Below are positions 1 to 10,303 of a stretch of 41,161 bases of DNA, piece after piece. How positions within the stretch are numbered: the first letter of the stretch is position 1; each line of letters opens with the position of its first letter. The notes under the pieces were generated by a model. It worked only from the letters and a program-made list of their open reading frames with translations. It was not told the DNA's origin and searched no databases. The position numbers and the translations under genes are program-made. The DNA comes from a bacterium (lineage in GTDB: Bacteria > Patescibacteriota > Minisyncoccia > Phycocordibacterales > UBA5272): contig JAYSVC010000032.1 in NCBI GenBank assembly GCA_043718735.1, positions 1 through 41,161 of the forward strand, written 5' to 3'.

Positions 1-275
1 CCAAGATCTAAAAGCGTCTTTTCAAAATTCTCCATTGGAGTTTTACTTTTTTCTATATTCACAAAATTTATAGAATCAAATTTAAAACCATCTTTTAATT
101 CTGATTCTACAAATTCCACAACTCCGTTAAATCTTCCTGTAACTACAAGTCTTTTATTTGTTACTTTATTTATAAAGCTGTTACCAACCCCATAAAGATC
201 TCTTTTTTCTGGAGTCTTACCGAACATTCCATTTGCTATATTTGAGGTTAATGCACCTATTTTTTCTAATATCAT
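1..275 (-). CDS. hypothetical protein, partial (runs off window start)
   Basis: Manual translation from ATG at 275 gives MILEKIGALTSNIANGMFGKTPEKRDLYGVG..., open for 91 codons to the window edge; divergent from uvrA. Confidence 0.65.
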   Translation of the reverse strand, partial: MILEKIGALTSNIANGMFGKTPEKRDLYGVGNSFINKVTNKRLVVTGRFNGVVEFVESELKDGFKFDSINFVNIEKSKTPMENFEKTLLDL

Positions 276-383
276 AATACTAATTATAACAATAATATAG
301 AATAAAGCAAAGTATTTTTAAGGGTTTTTAATATTGTGTAATAAGCTTTTTTATTGTATAATGTATATAAGAAAAAGTTTTAT

Positions 384-2978
384 ATGAGCAAGAGTAAAGA
401 AATAGAGAAAATAATAGTGCGTGGTGCTAGAACGCATAATCTAAAGAATATAACAGTGGAATTACCAAGAAATAAGATGATTGTTTTTACTGGCCTTTCG
501 GGGTCAGGAAAATCTTCACTTGCTTTTGATACAATATTCGCCGAAGGACAAAGAAGATATGTTGAGAGTCTGAGTGCTTATGCAAGACAGTTTTTAAATC
601 AAATGCAAAAGCCTGATGTAGACGAAATAGTCGGCCTCTCACCTGCAATCTCTATTGACCAGAAATCAGCAGGTAGAAATCCTCGCTCGACAGTTGCAAC
701 CATAACTGAGATTTATGACTATTTAAGAGTTTTGTATGCGAGAGTTGGTAAGCCATACTGTGTTGACTGTGGAAGTAAAATACAAAGACTGAGTAATGAA
801 GAGATAATTAATTTTGTATTAGAGAAAATAAAAAAAGTAAAATACGAGGATATAAAAAAGTCTGTCATGGGTGTAGAGTTTTCTCATAAAAATGTAGTCA
901 TTTTATCTCCAATTATACGTGGAAGAAAGGGCGAGCATTATCAAATGCTTTATGATTTCCTAGGAAAGGGTTATACCGAGATTATGATTGATGGTGAAAG
1001 GAAGAGTCTAAGAGAAAGAATAGAAATGGATAAAAATAAAAAGCATGAGATAAGCTTAATAGTGGATGAGATAGCCATAGATGAATTCAAATTAAAAGAC
1101 AAGAATAAGGATGCTTTAATGAGACTGAATGAAGCTGTCGAGCGTGCAGTAACAGAAAGTGAAGGTCTGGTTGAGTTCGATATTCTTGGTGAGAAGAATA
1201 TTATGAGTAATAAGTTCTCATGTGCTAATTGTGGTTTTTCTTTCCCTGAGATAGAGCCTAGATTATTTTCTTTTAATTCACCTTATGGAGCGTGTGTATC
1301 TTGTAATGGTCTTGGTGTAAAATACATGGGAGCCCTCGACCCATGTGAAGATTGTAATGGAAAGAGATTAAGAAAAGAAGCTTTGAATGTTTTTCTTGAC
1401 GATGAGAATAAAATAAACATAGTTGATGTGACTGACCTGTCTATTGAAGATGCAAGAAAATATTTTGATAATTTGAACCTAACTGACAAAGAAAAAGAAA
1501 TAGCAAAAGTTGTAATAGCTGAGATACAAAGTAGGCTTGTGTTCATGTTAAATGTAGGTCTTAATTATCTGCAACTTAATAGACGTGCTGATACACTTTC
1601 CGGTGGTGAGGCTCAAAGAATTAGACTCGCTTCACAATTGGGAAGTAAGTTAGTTGGGGCATTATACGTTTTAGACGAGCCAACTATTGGTTTACATCAG
1701 AGAGATAATGACAGGCTGATAAAAACTTTGACTGAACTGCGTGATATGGGTAATACTATAATTGTTGTAGAGCACGATGAAGACACTATTTTTGCCAGTG
1801 ATTTTATGGTTGAGATTGGCCCAGCAGCAGGAGTGCATGGAGGACAAGTAATTGTTGCTGATTACTTGGAAGATTTGTTAACTGCAAAAACTAATAAGTC
1901 AAAATCTAGAACTCTTGCCTATCTTCGTGGTGAAGTGTCTATCCCTTATAATAAAAACAGACGTGAAAAACATGGTGAATTAAGTATAAAAGGTGCGAAC
2001 GCATTTAATATAAAAAATATGGATATAAAAGTTCCATTAAAAGTTATGAGTGTAATAACTGGTGTATCAGGATCTGGAAAGTCTACCTTAATGTATGAAA
2101 TAATAAATAGAAATCTAGAAGCTAGATTAGAAAAAAGACAAAGAAGTGCTAAGACTTTTAACTGTGAAAGCTTTACAGGATCAGAATACTTGTCACGATT
2201 AGTTTTAATAGATCAGGGTGCAATAGGTAGAACACCACGTAGTAATCCAGCAACTTATACGGGGGCATGGGGTCATATACGTGATATATTCTGTGAGACA
2301 GAGGAGGCGAGACTGCGTGGTTGGAAAGCTGGTAGATTTTCTTTTAATGTGCCTGGTGGTCGCTGTGAAGCATGTGATGGTAACGGTGAGATAGCTGTAG
2401 AGATGCATTTCCTTCCAACAGTTTACGTTACTTGTGATGTTTGTAATGGTAAGAGATTTATGAAAGAAACTCTTGAAGTAAAATGGAAAGGAAAAAATAT
2501 TTATGAAATATTAGAATTAACAGTAGAAGAAGCGCTTACTTTTTTTGAAGATATACCAGCAGTGCATGATAGGATAAAGAGCATGAATGATGTGGGTCTT
2601 GGTTATCTAAAATTAGGACAGAGCGCAACCACTCTTTCTGGTGGAGAAGCTCAAAGAGTTAAAATTTCTTCAGAACTTTACAGGCCACATGTTGAAAAAA
2701 CTATATACCTTTTAGATGAGCCGTCCATTGGACTTCATTATGATGACATCGCTAAGCTAATAGAAATATTAAACAAATTAGTAGATAAGGGTAATACAGT
2801 AGTGTTGATTGAGCATAATCTAGACATTATTAAAAATGCTGATTACATTATGGACATTGGTCCAGAAGGTGGAATAGGCGGTGGTAACTTAGTAGCTCAC
2901 GGCACCCCAGAGGATGTTTCTAATAACAAAAACTCACATACTGGAAAGTATTTAAAGAAGGTATTAAAACAAAAATAA
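384..2978 (+). CDS. uvrA: excinuclease ABC subunit A (lacks insertion domain)
   Basis: Two Walker A motifs ([16 protein letters not shown]), two LSGGEAQR signatures, LDEP motifs, CxxC zinc modules. ATG 384 (MSKSKEI) preferred over TTG 354. Confidence 0.97.
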   Translation: MSKSKEIEKIIVRGARTHNLKNITVELPRNKMIVFTGLSGSGKSSLAFDTIFAEGQRRYVESLSAYARQFLNQMQKPDVDEIVGLSPAISIDQKSAGRNPRSTVATITEIYDYLRVLYARVGKPYCVDCGSKIQRLSNEEIINFVLEKIKKVKYEDIKKSVMGVEFSHKNVVILSPIIRGRKGEHYQMLYDFLGKGYTEIMIDGERKSLRERIEMDKNKKHEISLIVDEIAIDEFKLKDKNKDALMRLNEAVERAVTESEGLVEFDILGEKNIMSNKFSCANCGFSFPEIEPRLFSFNSPYGACVSCNGLGVKYMGALDPCEDCNGKRLRKEALNVFLDDENKINIVDVTDLSIEDARKYFDNLNLTDKEKEIAKVVIAEIQSRLVFMLNVGLNYLQLNRRADTLSGGEAQRIRLASQLGSKLVGALYVLDEPTIGLHQRDNDRLIKTLTELRDMGNTIIVVEHDEDTIFASDFMVEIGPAAGVHGGQVIVADYLEDLLTAKTNKSKSRTLAYLRGEVSIPYNKNRREKHGELSIKGANAFNIKNMDIKVPLKVMSVITGVSGSGKSTLMYEIINRNLEARLEKRQRSAKTFNCESFTGSEYLSRLVLIDQGAIGRTPRSNPATYTGAWGHIRDIFCETEEARLRGWKAGRFSFNVPGGRCEACDGNGEIAVEMHFLPTVYVTCDVCNGKRFMKETLEVKWKGKNIYEILELTVEEALTFFEDIPAVHDRIKSMNDVGLGYLKLGQSATTLSGGEAQRVKISSELYRPHVEKTIYLLDEPSIGLHYDDIAKLIEILNKLVDKGNTVVLIEHNLDIIKNADYIMDIGPEGGIGGGNLVAHGTPEDVSNNKNSHTGKYLKKVLKQK

Positions 2979-2984
2979 AAGCAT

Positions 2985-4469
2985 TTAATCCACTACCTCC
3001 ACACCAAAAGCTTTGATTTGCTCACGCAACTCATCGCTAGTCGCCCAGTCTTTTGACTCACGGGCGGCTTTTCTTTTTGAAAATAAATCATCGACTATTT
3101 CTTGGTCATCTGAACTTAACTCATTTACATCTTTTGAAAAAGACAAATCAAGACCTAAAACTTTATTCATTTTTAAAATAGTAGAGTATTTGTGTTTAGC
3201 TTCTCTGTCACTTATCAGTTCCCACATAACGGCTAATGCTTTACTGGTATTCAAATCCTCACACAAGCATAATAAAAACTTCTCATACCAATCATCGCTA
3301 ATTCTATATTTTGTGGCATCAATAATATTATTTACGTCTTTTGCTGCTTCGTGCATGTATTTTTGTAACTTCTTCAAAGCATTACTAGACGCGTCTAGTG
3401 AATCATAAGAAAAATCTAATTCTTTTCTGTAGCTTGTAGTTAGTAATAAGTAGCGAAAAGAAGAAGGGGAGTATTCTGCGTCTATTAAAGTTTGTAATCT
3501 TAAGAACTCATCATTACTTTTACTCATCTTACCGCTCACATCATTTAAAAAGTTATTATGCATCCAATAATTCACAAATTGATTCTCTGTATTCTCACCG
3601 CTGTGAGCACAGACGCTCTGAGCTATCTCATTAGTATGATGCACTGGAACATGATCTATACCACCAGTATGTATGTCAAAATGCTTGCCCAGTATTCCTT
3701 CACTCATTGCTACACACTCTGTGTGCCAACCCGGAAATCCTACACCCCACGGTGACTCCCACTCCATTTGCCTTACTTCATTTTGTGGTGAGAACTTCCA
3801 TAGGGCAAAGTCTGTAATATTTTTCTTTTCTCCCTTAACATCTTCAACCCTTTTTCCAGATTCTAATCCAGAAATATTTAACTTTGCAAAGTCTGCATAA
3901 GCAGGATATTTGCTAGTGTCAAAATAAATACCATCACTAGTAGCATAAGTATAACCCTTATTTTCTAACTTTTTAATCAAAGCTATTTGTTCAGCTATAT
4001 AGTCAGTAGCACGTACAAAAGTAAACTTGTCACTAATTAATTTTTCTTTTTTATAGTTTTCTACAGAGTATTTTTCCCCTTCTTTTACTTTTGATTTTAT
4101 ATATTCATTATCGCCAGCATTTAAAAGATTTAAAGAAGCTAAAAAGTCTTCTGAGTAGTATTTTGCTATTTCCCAAGTGGATTTACCCGTCCTCTTACTT
4201 CCTTTTTCCATCTTGTCTTCACCATCATCACCATCACTTACTAAGTGACCAACATCGGTGATATTTATAACATGAGTTATTTCTGATTCTGGATAAATGG
4301 CTGACAAGGTATTATTTAAAATATCTGCAAATATGTAAGAGCGCATATTGCCGAGGTGCTGATAGTGATACACAGTAGGTCCACAAGAATATATTTTAAT
4401 ATCTTTTTCATTTATGGGAATAAAATCTTCAACTTGCCGGCTTTTTGTGTTATAAATCTTTAATTTCAT
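2985..4469 (-). CDS. cysS: cysteine--tRNA ligase
   Basis: CGPTVY, HLGN, DFALWK, PGWHTEC and KMSKS motifs. Start at MKLKIYNT (4469), downstream of TGCTATAAT. Confidence 0.97.
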   Translation of the reverse strand: MKLKIYNTKSRQVEDFIPINEKDIKIYSCGPTVYHYQHLGNMRSYIFADILNNTLSAIYPESEITHVINITDVGHLVSDGDDGEDKMEKGSKRTGKSTWEIAKYYSEDFLASLNLLNAGDNEYIKSKVKEGEKYSVENYKKEKLISDKFTFVRATDYIAEQIALIKKLENKGYTYATSDGIYFDTSKYPAYADFAKLNISGLESGKRVEDVKGEKKNITDFALWKFSPQNEVRQMEWESPWGVGFPGWHTECVAMSEGILGKHFDIHTGGIDHVPVHHTNEIAQSVCAHSGENTENQFVNYWMHNNFLNDVSGKMSKSNDEFLRLQTLIDAEYSPSSFRYLLLTTSYRKELDFSYDSLDASSNALKKLQKYMHEAAKDVNNIIDATKYRISDDWYEKFLLCLCEDLNTSKALAVMWELISDREAKHKYSTILKMNKVLGLDLSFSKDVNELSSDDQEIVDDLFSKRKAARESKDWATSDELREQIKAFGVEVVD

Positions 4470-4541
4470 GTTATTATATATAGTAAGTATTATAGCATAA
4501 AAATATACTATAAATAAATAATTAAAATCATTTTTAAATAT

Positions 4542-5135
4542 ATGAAAATTAGAAATCAACATGATATCAGTGATTTAATAGAAGCTTTTAAAGTAAAATC
4601 AAAATACTTTTTAAAAGTTTTAATATGGGTTTTTATGGTGTTGGTAATTATTTATGGCGTATTTAAAATAGTAAAATGGGGCGAGATTTTTAATAAAAAT
4701 TATGTAGAGTATGTTAATAAAAAAGAAGAGATAATCTTGCCAACAACAATAGGAGAGAGGGTTCTAAGTTACGAAGATAAATTATGGCTAAGTCTTTTTG
4801 TAAATAAATTAAAAAAAATAAATCTAGAGACATTAGAAATAAAAACATCAACTACCAGTAATCAAATTACTTTAAATGTTTCTCAGGACATTAAAAGTAA
4901 AGCAAGAGTGGACATACAAAAGATGTCTAATTTTGACATAAAATTAAAAATAAAAGATAATTTAGAAAACATTTGGATTAATTTTGTGAGTGTATACATG
5001 AGTAAAGAGGTAGAGGAACTGATAAAAAAAGGAAAAAAAATAGAGTACATAGATCTTCGTTTTGGTGCAAAAGTTTTTTATAAATTAAAAGAAGAGCCTG
5101 CAATAGAAAAAGCTACGAGCACAGACATAATTTAA
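4542..5135 (+). CDS. bitopic membrane protein, FtsQ/DivIB-like C-terminus
   Basis: Single N-terminal TM segment; C-terminal IEYIDLRFGAKVFYK resembles the FtsQ YIDLR motif. Confidence 0.55.
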   Translation: MKIRNQHDISDLIEAFKVKSKYFLKVLIWVFMVLVIIYGVFKIVKWGEIFNKNYVEYVNKKEEIILPTTIGERVLSYEDKLWLSLFVNKLKKINLETLEIKTSTTSNQITLNVSQDIKSKARVDIQKMSNFDIKLKIKDNLENIWINFVSVYMSKEVEELIKKGKKIEYIDLRFGAKVFYKLKEEPAIEKATSTDII

Positions 5136-5181
5136 AGTAATTTAATTTCACACAAAAGCATTTTTATGTTATCATGTTTTT

Positions 5182-6273
5182 ATGATAAAAGGATTTTGGG
5201 AAAAAGTGTACGATACTGCAAAAAAAGAAAATAGGCCTATATATACATTGGCACCAATGGCGGATGTAACTGATGCGGCATTTCGCCTTATGATAGCAAG
5301 ATACGGTAGACCTGACGTAACATGGACTGAGTTTGTGTCTTGTAATGGACTTATGAGTGAAGGGCGCACAGCCTTGAAAAGAGATTTAGAATATTCTGAA
5401 ATAGAGAGGCCAATAGTAGCACAACTGTTTACCAGTGTGCCAGAAAATATGGAAGGTGCAGCAAAACTGTGTCTTGAAATGGGGTTTGACGGAATAGACA
5501 TTAATATGGGTTGCCCGGTAAATACAATAGATAAGCAAGGTGCAGGAGCTCACCTCATAACCACCCCAGACTTGGCCCAAGAGATTATACGTGCGGCTCA
5601 AAGAGGTGTAGAAAATAAAATACCAGTATCAGTAAAAACTAGAATTGGTTTTAATAAAATAGAGCATAAAGAATGGTTACCGAAAATATTAGAATGTAAT
5701 GTGCCAGTTCTTACTGTACACCTTAGAACAAAAAAAGAAATGTCACTAGTGCCAGCCCATTTTGAACTGATAAATGAGATACAAGAATTAGTAAAAAAAC
5801 TTTCCCCAGAAACTATTTTAATTATAAATGGTGATATAAAAAATATAGGACAAAGTAATGAATTATATGAAAAATATAATTTTGACGGAGTGATGATAGG
5901 CAGGGGGGTATTTGGCACTCCTTGGTTATTTAACGTAGAAAGATATAAAAATAATTTAGAGTTTTCTTTAAAGGAAAAGTTGGAAATAATGCTAGAGCAT
6001 ACAAAACTTTTTGAAGAAAAACTTGCTGATATAAAAAGTTTTTCCATCATGAAGAAGCATTACAAAGCCTATGTGAATGGTTTCGATGGAGCAAAAGAGT
6101 TGCGAGAAAAACTTTTTGATACTAATAATTATAAAGAAGTAGAAGAAAAAGTATTACATTATATAAAAAATAATTTAGATAAAAATGGGAAAGTTATAAG
6201 ACTAAGAAGAAAGAAAAGTATTTTATTTTCTGTTGTGGATAAGATAATTTTTATAATTAAAAATAGATTATAA
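5182..6273 (+). CDS. dus: tRNA-dihydrouridine synthase (Dus family)
   Basis: LAPMA, DINMGCP, VSVKTRIG, NGDI and GVMIGRG motifs. Confidence 0.95.
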   Translation: MIKGFWEKVYDTAKKENRPIYTLAPMADVTDAAFRLMIARYGRPDVTWTEFVSCNGLMSEGRTALKRDLEYSEIERPIVAQLFTSVPENMEGAAKLCLEMGFDGIDINMGCPVNTIDKQGAGAHLITTPDLAQEIIRAAQRGVENKIPVSVKTRIGFNKIEHKEWLPKILECNVPVLTVHLRTKKEMSLVPAHFELINEIQELVKKLSPETILIINGDIKNIGQSNELYEKYNFDGVMIGRGVFGTPWLFNVERYKNNLEFSLKEKLEIMLEHTKLFEEKLADIKSFSIMKKHYKAYVNGFDGAKELREKLFDTNNYKEVEEKVLHYIKNNLDKNGKVIRLRRKKSILFSVVDKIIFIIKNRL

Positions 6274-6319
6274 TTAATGTATAAAAGTATTAAAAGAAAT
6301 AAATATTAAAAAATAAAAT

Positions 6320-6391
6320 ATGTCAAAACAAGGAAGAGATTTACACAGAAAAGAAACTAAAAAAGCAAAGAAAGTAGTAGTTAAGAAATAG
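6320..6391 (+). CDS. small Lys-rich basic peptide, 23 aa (MSKQGRDLHRKETKKAKKVVVKK)
   Basis: ATG after an A-rich leader like those of the core genes; TAG is immediately followed by a strong hairpin. Confidence 0.55.
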   Translation: MSKQGRDLHRKETKKAKKVVVKK

Positions 6392-6395
6392 TTAC

Positions 6396-6436
6396 TAGAA
6401 ATAAAAGGCCGAGCGAAGCTCGGCCTTTTATTTCTA
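6396..6436. terminator. bidirectional intrinsic terminator
   Basis: Perfect 19-bp inverted repeat tagaaataaaaggccgagc-gaa-gctcggccttttatttcta between convergent genes. Confidence 0.85.
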
Positions 6437-7105
6437 ACTTAAATCAGGTCTATCTATTTTCTTAAATGATCCTGGCTTCATGGCCCCAAGTCTCATATTA
6501 TGTATTCTGACTCTTCGTAGACTTACAATGGTAATATTTAAAGCATTTAACATTCTACGTATCTCATGTTTTTTACCTTCTATTAATGTTATGTTTACGT
6601 AGTGACCACCATCTTCAATAGCTACTTTTTTTGCAGGAGCATATTGTGCTTCTTGTGTATACATACCGCTTAGCATTATCTTTTCCACGCGTGGTGTCAT
6701 CTTTTCACGAGTCTTCACTCTGTATTCTTTTTCAATTTTATTTTCAGGATTTAACATCTCTTCGGTCAGTGTCGGGTCATTGGTGTACATAAGTAATCCT
6801 TCTGATTCTTTGTCTAGTCTACCAACTGGATGTAAATCTTTTAATCCTTCTGAGTTTTTAACTTCTGTTACTTCACCAACTGGTTTGTAATATAGGGCAT
6901 AACGTAACTCTTTTGTAATAAAAGCTGATCCAGCACGAACTTCTAACTCATCACCAGCCTTTAGTATTTGGCCTACGACAGCTCTTTCTCCATTTATGTG
7001 GACTTTCCTTGATTCTACTAGACGGTCAGCTTCACGACGAGAATAAAAGCCTGTTTCTTGCAGGGCTTTATTTATTCTATTTTCTTTCGTAATAGTTATT
7101 TTCAT
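6434..7105 (-). CDS. rRNA pseudouridine synthase, RsuA/RluB/E/F family
   Basis: N-terminal S4 domain (SRREAD), YKPVG, catalytic GRLD and EGKKHEIRRM motifs. Confidence 0.93.
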   Translation of the reverse strand: MKITITKENRINKALQETGFYSRREADRLVESRKVHINGERAVVGQILKAGDELEVRAGSAFITKELRYALYYKPVGEVTEVKNSEGLKDLHPVGRLDKESEGLLMYTNDPTLTEEMLNPENKIEKEYRVKTREKMTPRVEKIMLSGMYTQEAQYAPAKKVAIEDGGHYVNITLIEGKKHEIRRMLNALNITIVSLRRVRIHNMRLGAMKPGSFKKIDRPDLS

Positions 7106-7169
7106 TTAGATATAATATCACAAAATAACAACTTTGGCAAATATTTAATATTCTCTATCCTTTTAGTTT

Positions 7170-8342
7170 TTATTTTGTATCTACTAAGTTTCTTAATTTA
7201 TACAGTGAGTATATAAACATTAAAGAAAGAAAATAAAATATATAAGCAATGGGTAAACTAAAAGAAAGAATGATGGAAGAAATTAGTGGCATGATAATGT
7301 AAGCAATTACCCTGACACTACTGAACAGGGCAATGATAGAAATCTCTCCGGCATTTACTTTTTTATAAAAATAAATAGTACACATGCTCTCAACTAGTGA
7401 GGCACCTATACGAGAAATAAATAAAAAGATAGCAACAGTAAATAGGCTAACATTATTTATATTTGGAAAGATAATACTAATCAAAATTAACATTACAACA
7501 CCAATTATTAACATCTCTTTTTCTCCATATTTTTTATCTGCTATTATTCCAAGTTGATAAGGAAAAATAACAAATGGAATAAGTGCAAAAGGTAAAATGA
7601 AAGACAGATAAGTCTCAAGACTAATATTCAAATTATTGTTCAGAACAGTTGGTGCATATATGGCCATAGTTACAAAAAAACATTCCATAGCTAAAACAGC
7701 CAAGAACACAGCAAAAAGATTTTTGTTATGCATTACATGTTTAACTGCAGATAGCATGCTTGGATTCCTAAAATTTGGATCAGGGATATGAGCATAATTT
7801 TGTTTTATTAAAAATAATATTGGGATTAGGCATGATGCACTAACAATCCAAAGAACAGAAAAAGAATAAAGGGACAATATTTGACCAGCAGATAGGGCTG
7901 CAAACAAGATTCCAACATTCATTAATGTTAAAAATATACCACGGGTTTCACCTGTTTTTCCGTCGCTATCGAACTCTTCAATAAAAAAATTAAGTATAGA
8001 AAAGAAAAGAAAGCTACAGGTATTACTAATTACAAAAGCCAGAATAACCATCCAAGTTTCTGTCAAAAAAGACAAACTAAGAGTAGAGACAAAGCCAGTA
8101 AGCAATATTAAAAGCGATGTGTTGTAACTGTGATATTTTTTTACAAACCTACCAAGGTATACACTAAGTAAAAATGAAAATAACCCCATAAAACTGTATA
8201 CAACACCAATGTAAGAAGTTTCTATAAAATTAGCCAAGTAAGTGGAGGTCACATATAAAGGTATCGCAAAATGTAAGGCGTATAATATTGATATTATAAA
8301 ACTAATCATCAGTAAATGTTTCTTTTTATTTTTGTCTAACAT
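7170..8342 (-). CDS. MFS transporter
   Basis: About 12 hydrophobic segments in two halves; MFS motif-A-like GIIADKKYGEK. Confidence 0.85.
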   Translation of the reverse strand: MLDKNKKKHLLMISFIISILYALHFAIPLYVTSTYLANFIETSYIGVVYSFMGLFSFLLSVYLGRFVKKYHSYNTSLLILLTGFVSTLSLSFLTETWMVILAFVISNTCSFLFFSILNFFIEEFDSDGKTGETRGIFLTLMNVGILFAALSAGQILSLYSFSVLWIVSASCLIPILFLIKQNYAHIPDPNFRNPSMLSAVKHVMHNKNLFAVFLAVLAMECFFVTMAIYAPTVLNNNLNISLETYLSFILPFALIPFVIFPYQLGIIADKKYGEKEMLIIGVVMLILISIIFPNINNVSLFTVAIFLFISRIGASLVESMCTIYFYKKVNAGEISIIALFSSVRVIAYIIMPLISSIILSFSLPIAYIFYFLSLMFIYSLYKLRNLVDTK

Positions 8343-8420
8343 ATTTTTATTCTTTCATAATTATAACATAGAAAAAACCCAAATTTTGAGTTTGGATTTT
8401 ATTCTGTGTATTTTTATTTA

Positions 8421-10268
8421 TTAAATACTAATTATAATCGGAATTATCAGTGGTTTCTTTGCAGTTGCGTCTAATAGTAATATGCTAATTTCTTTTTTTA
8501 GTATATCTCTTAGTTCGTCTATGTTAAGATTTTTATTATTATCTAAGTATTTATCAACTACAAATCTTATTTGCTCACGCACATCCATCAGTAGTTCTTG
8601 TGATTCTTTTAAGTATATGAATCCACGTGATGATATGTCTGGAGATTTTTTTATTCTATGCGTTGCACTGTCTATGATTACAATAATAGAGAACACGCCT
8701 TCTTCGCCAAGGTTAAGTCTATCTTTTAATATGACATCAGAAACTTTACCAACACTTGTCCCGTCTACAACTAATAGGTCGCGTGGTGCAGATTCTTTTA
8801 ATATGACTATCTCTGTACCATTTTTCCTAATCTCTACCACTGAGCCATTGTCAGGTATTACTACATTTTCTTTTGGTAGACCTAGACACTTCATGGCTAT
8901 CTCAGCATGCATAGTTAAAAGATAATGATAACCGTGAACAGGAATAAAGAATTTTGGATTTATTTTTTTATGTATCCATTCTAATTCACCAGCATTAGCG
9001 TGCCCTGATGAATGAACATCACTAGTCCTGTAATGTATTAGATGGGCGCCTTGACGTGAGAGATTGTCTTTTAATTTTTGTACTGGGCGTTCATTACCAG
9101 GCACAATAGATGAGCTCATAAGTATGGTGTCGTATCTATTTAATTTTATATATTTATGATTTTTTAATCCAATACGCCCTAGAGCGGCAAAGTCCTCACC
9201 TTGCGCACCAGTTACTAACACTATTAATTTATTAGGTGGATAATTATCAATCTGGTCTATACTTATCATCGTCTCAGGCTTTACATCAAGTAATTCTGCT
9301 AGGCGAGTAACTTCAACATTTGTTTTCATGCTTCTGCCTTCTACAATTGCTTTCTTTCCATATTTTTCCGCCATCTTAAGCATGAATATCATGCGCTCCA
9401 CCTGTGAAGAAAAAGTAGAAATAATTAATCTTCCAGGAGTGTCACGAATAGCTGCTTCTACATTTGCATATACGATACTGTCAGAAATAGAGAATCCAGG
9501 GTTCTCACAATTAGTAGAGTCAGTCATAAGTAATAAAGTTTTTCTATCTTTGAAAACTTCATATTGCTTTTCTTCACGCTCACTCGGTATGCCATCTATG
9601 TGGTCAAGACGGAGATCACCGGTGTGTACTATGTCACCATATGGAGTTTCTATGATTATACCCATACTATCTGGTATAGCATGTGATACACCAAAAAAGT
9701 TTACTTTTAGATCACCAACAGTAACACTGCCACCTTTTTCAATTACATTTATTTTTAATGGTTCAAGATAAGGGAACTCCTCATGACGTTTTCTAATCAT
9801 TAAGTTTGTAAAGTTTCTGGCATAAATAGTCGGATTACCGATACGTGGCATAATATAGGGTATAGCACCAATATGGTCTAAGTGACCATGGGTTATGAAT
9901 ACTCCCTTTATTTTACTTGCCCTTTCTTCTAAATATTTTGTATTAGGTAATATAAAATCAATTCCCGGTGTTGATTGTTCTGAGAATTGTATACCACAAT
10001 CAACTATGACAATAGTGTCTTTGTATTCCACCATAGACATATTTCTGCCTATCTCTTCTAATCCACCAAGATGTATGATACGTATGTCACCATCAGCTAA
10101 GGCGGGTATGTGCGCAGTCTCGTCTGGTTCTCCCATGCGAGATTCGAATACTGGCTGTACTAATTTTTTATCTTTTTTTACAGGGGGCTTTCTGTCAAAA
10201 CTATTTTGTTTCGAAAAATTATTTTCTTTTTTTGGAGCTGGTACTGCTTTTTTGTTAAAATTGTTCAT
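8421..10268 (-). CDS. rnj: ribonuclease J (catalytic motifs intact)
   Basis: GGLEEIGRN, VDCG, THGHLDH, HTGD, DSTN, HSSGHA and PVHG motifs. Confidence 0.96.
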   Translation of the reverse strand: MNNFNKKAVPAPKKENNFSKQNSFDRKPPVKKDKKLVQPVFESRMGEPDETAHIPALADGDIRIIHLGGLEEIGRNMSMVEYKDTIVIVDCGIQFSEQSTPGIDFILPNTKYLEERASKIKGVFITHGHLDHIGAIPYIMPRIGNPTIYARNFTNLMIRKRHEEFPYLEPLKINVIEKGGSVTVGDLKVNFFGVSHAIPDSMGIIIETPYGDIVHTGDLRLDHIDGIPSEREEKQYEVFKDRKTLLLMTDSTNCENPGFSISDSIVYANVEAAIRDTPGRLIISTFSSQVERMIFMLKMAEKYGKKAIVEGRSMKTNVEVTRLAELLDVKPETMISIDQIDNYPPNKLIVLVTGAQGEDFAALGRIGLKNHKYIKLNRYDTILMSSSIVPGNERPVQKLKDNLSRQGAHLIHYRTSDVHSSGHANAGELEWIHKKINPKFFIPVHGYHYLLTMHAEIAMKCLGLPKENVVIPDNGSVVEIRKNGTEIVILKESAPRDLLVVDGTSVGKVSDVILKDRLNLGEEGVFSIIVIIDSATHRIKKSPDISSRGFIYLKESQELLMDVREQIRFVVDKYLDNNKNLNIDELRDILKKEISILLLDATAKKPLIIPIIISI

Positions 10269-10303
10269 ATTTTTTATTTTTTATTTTAATGCTAATTTTT
10301 ATT

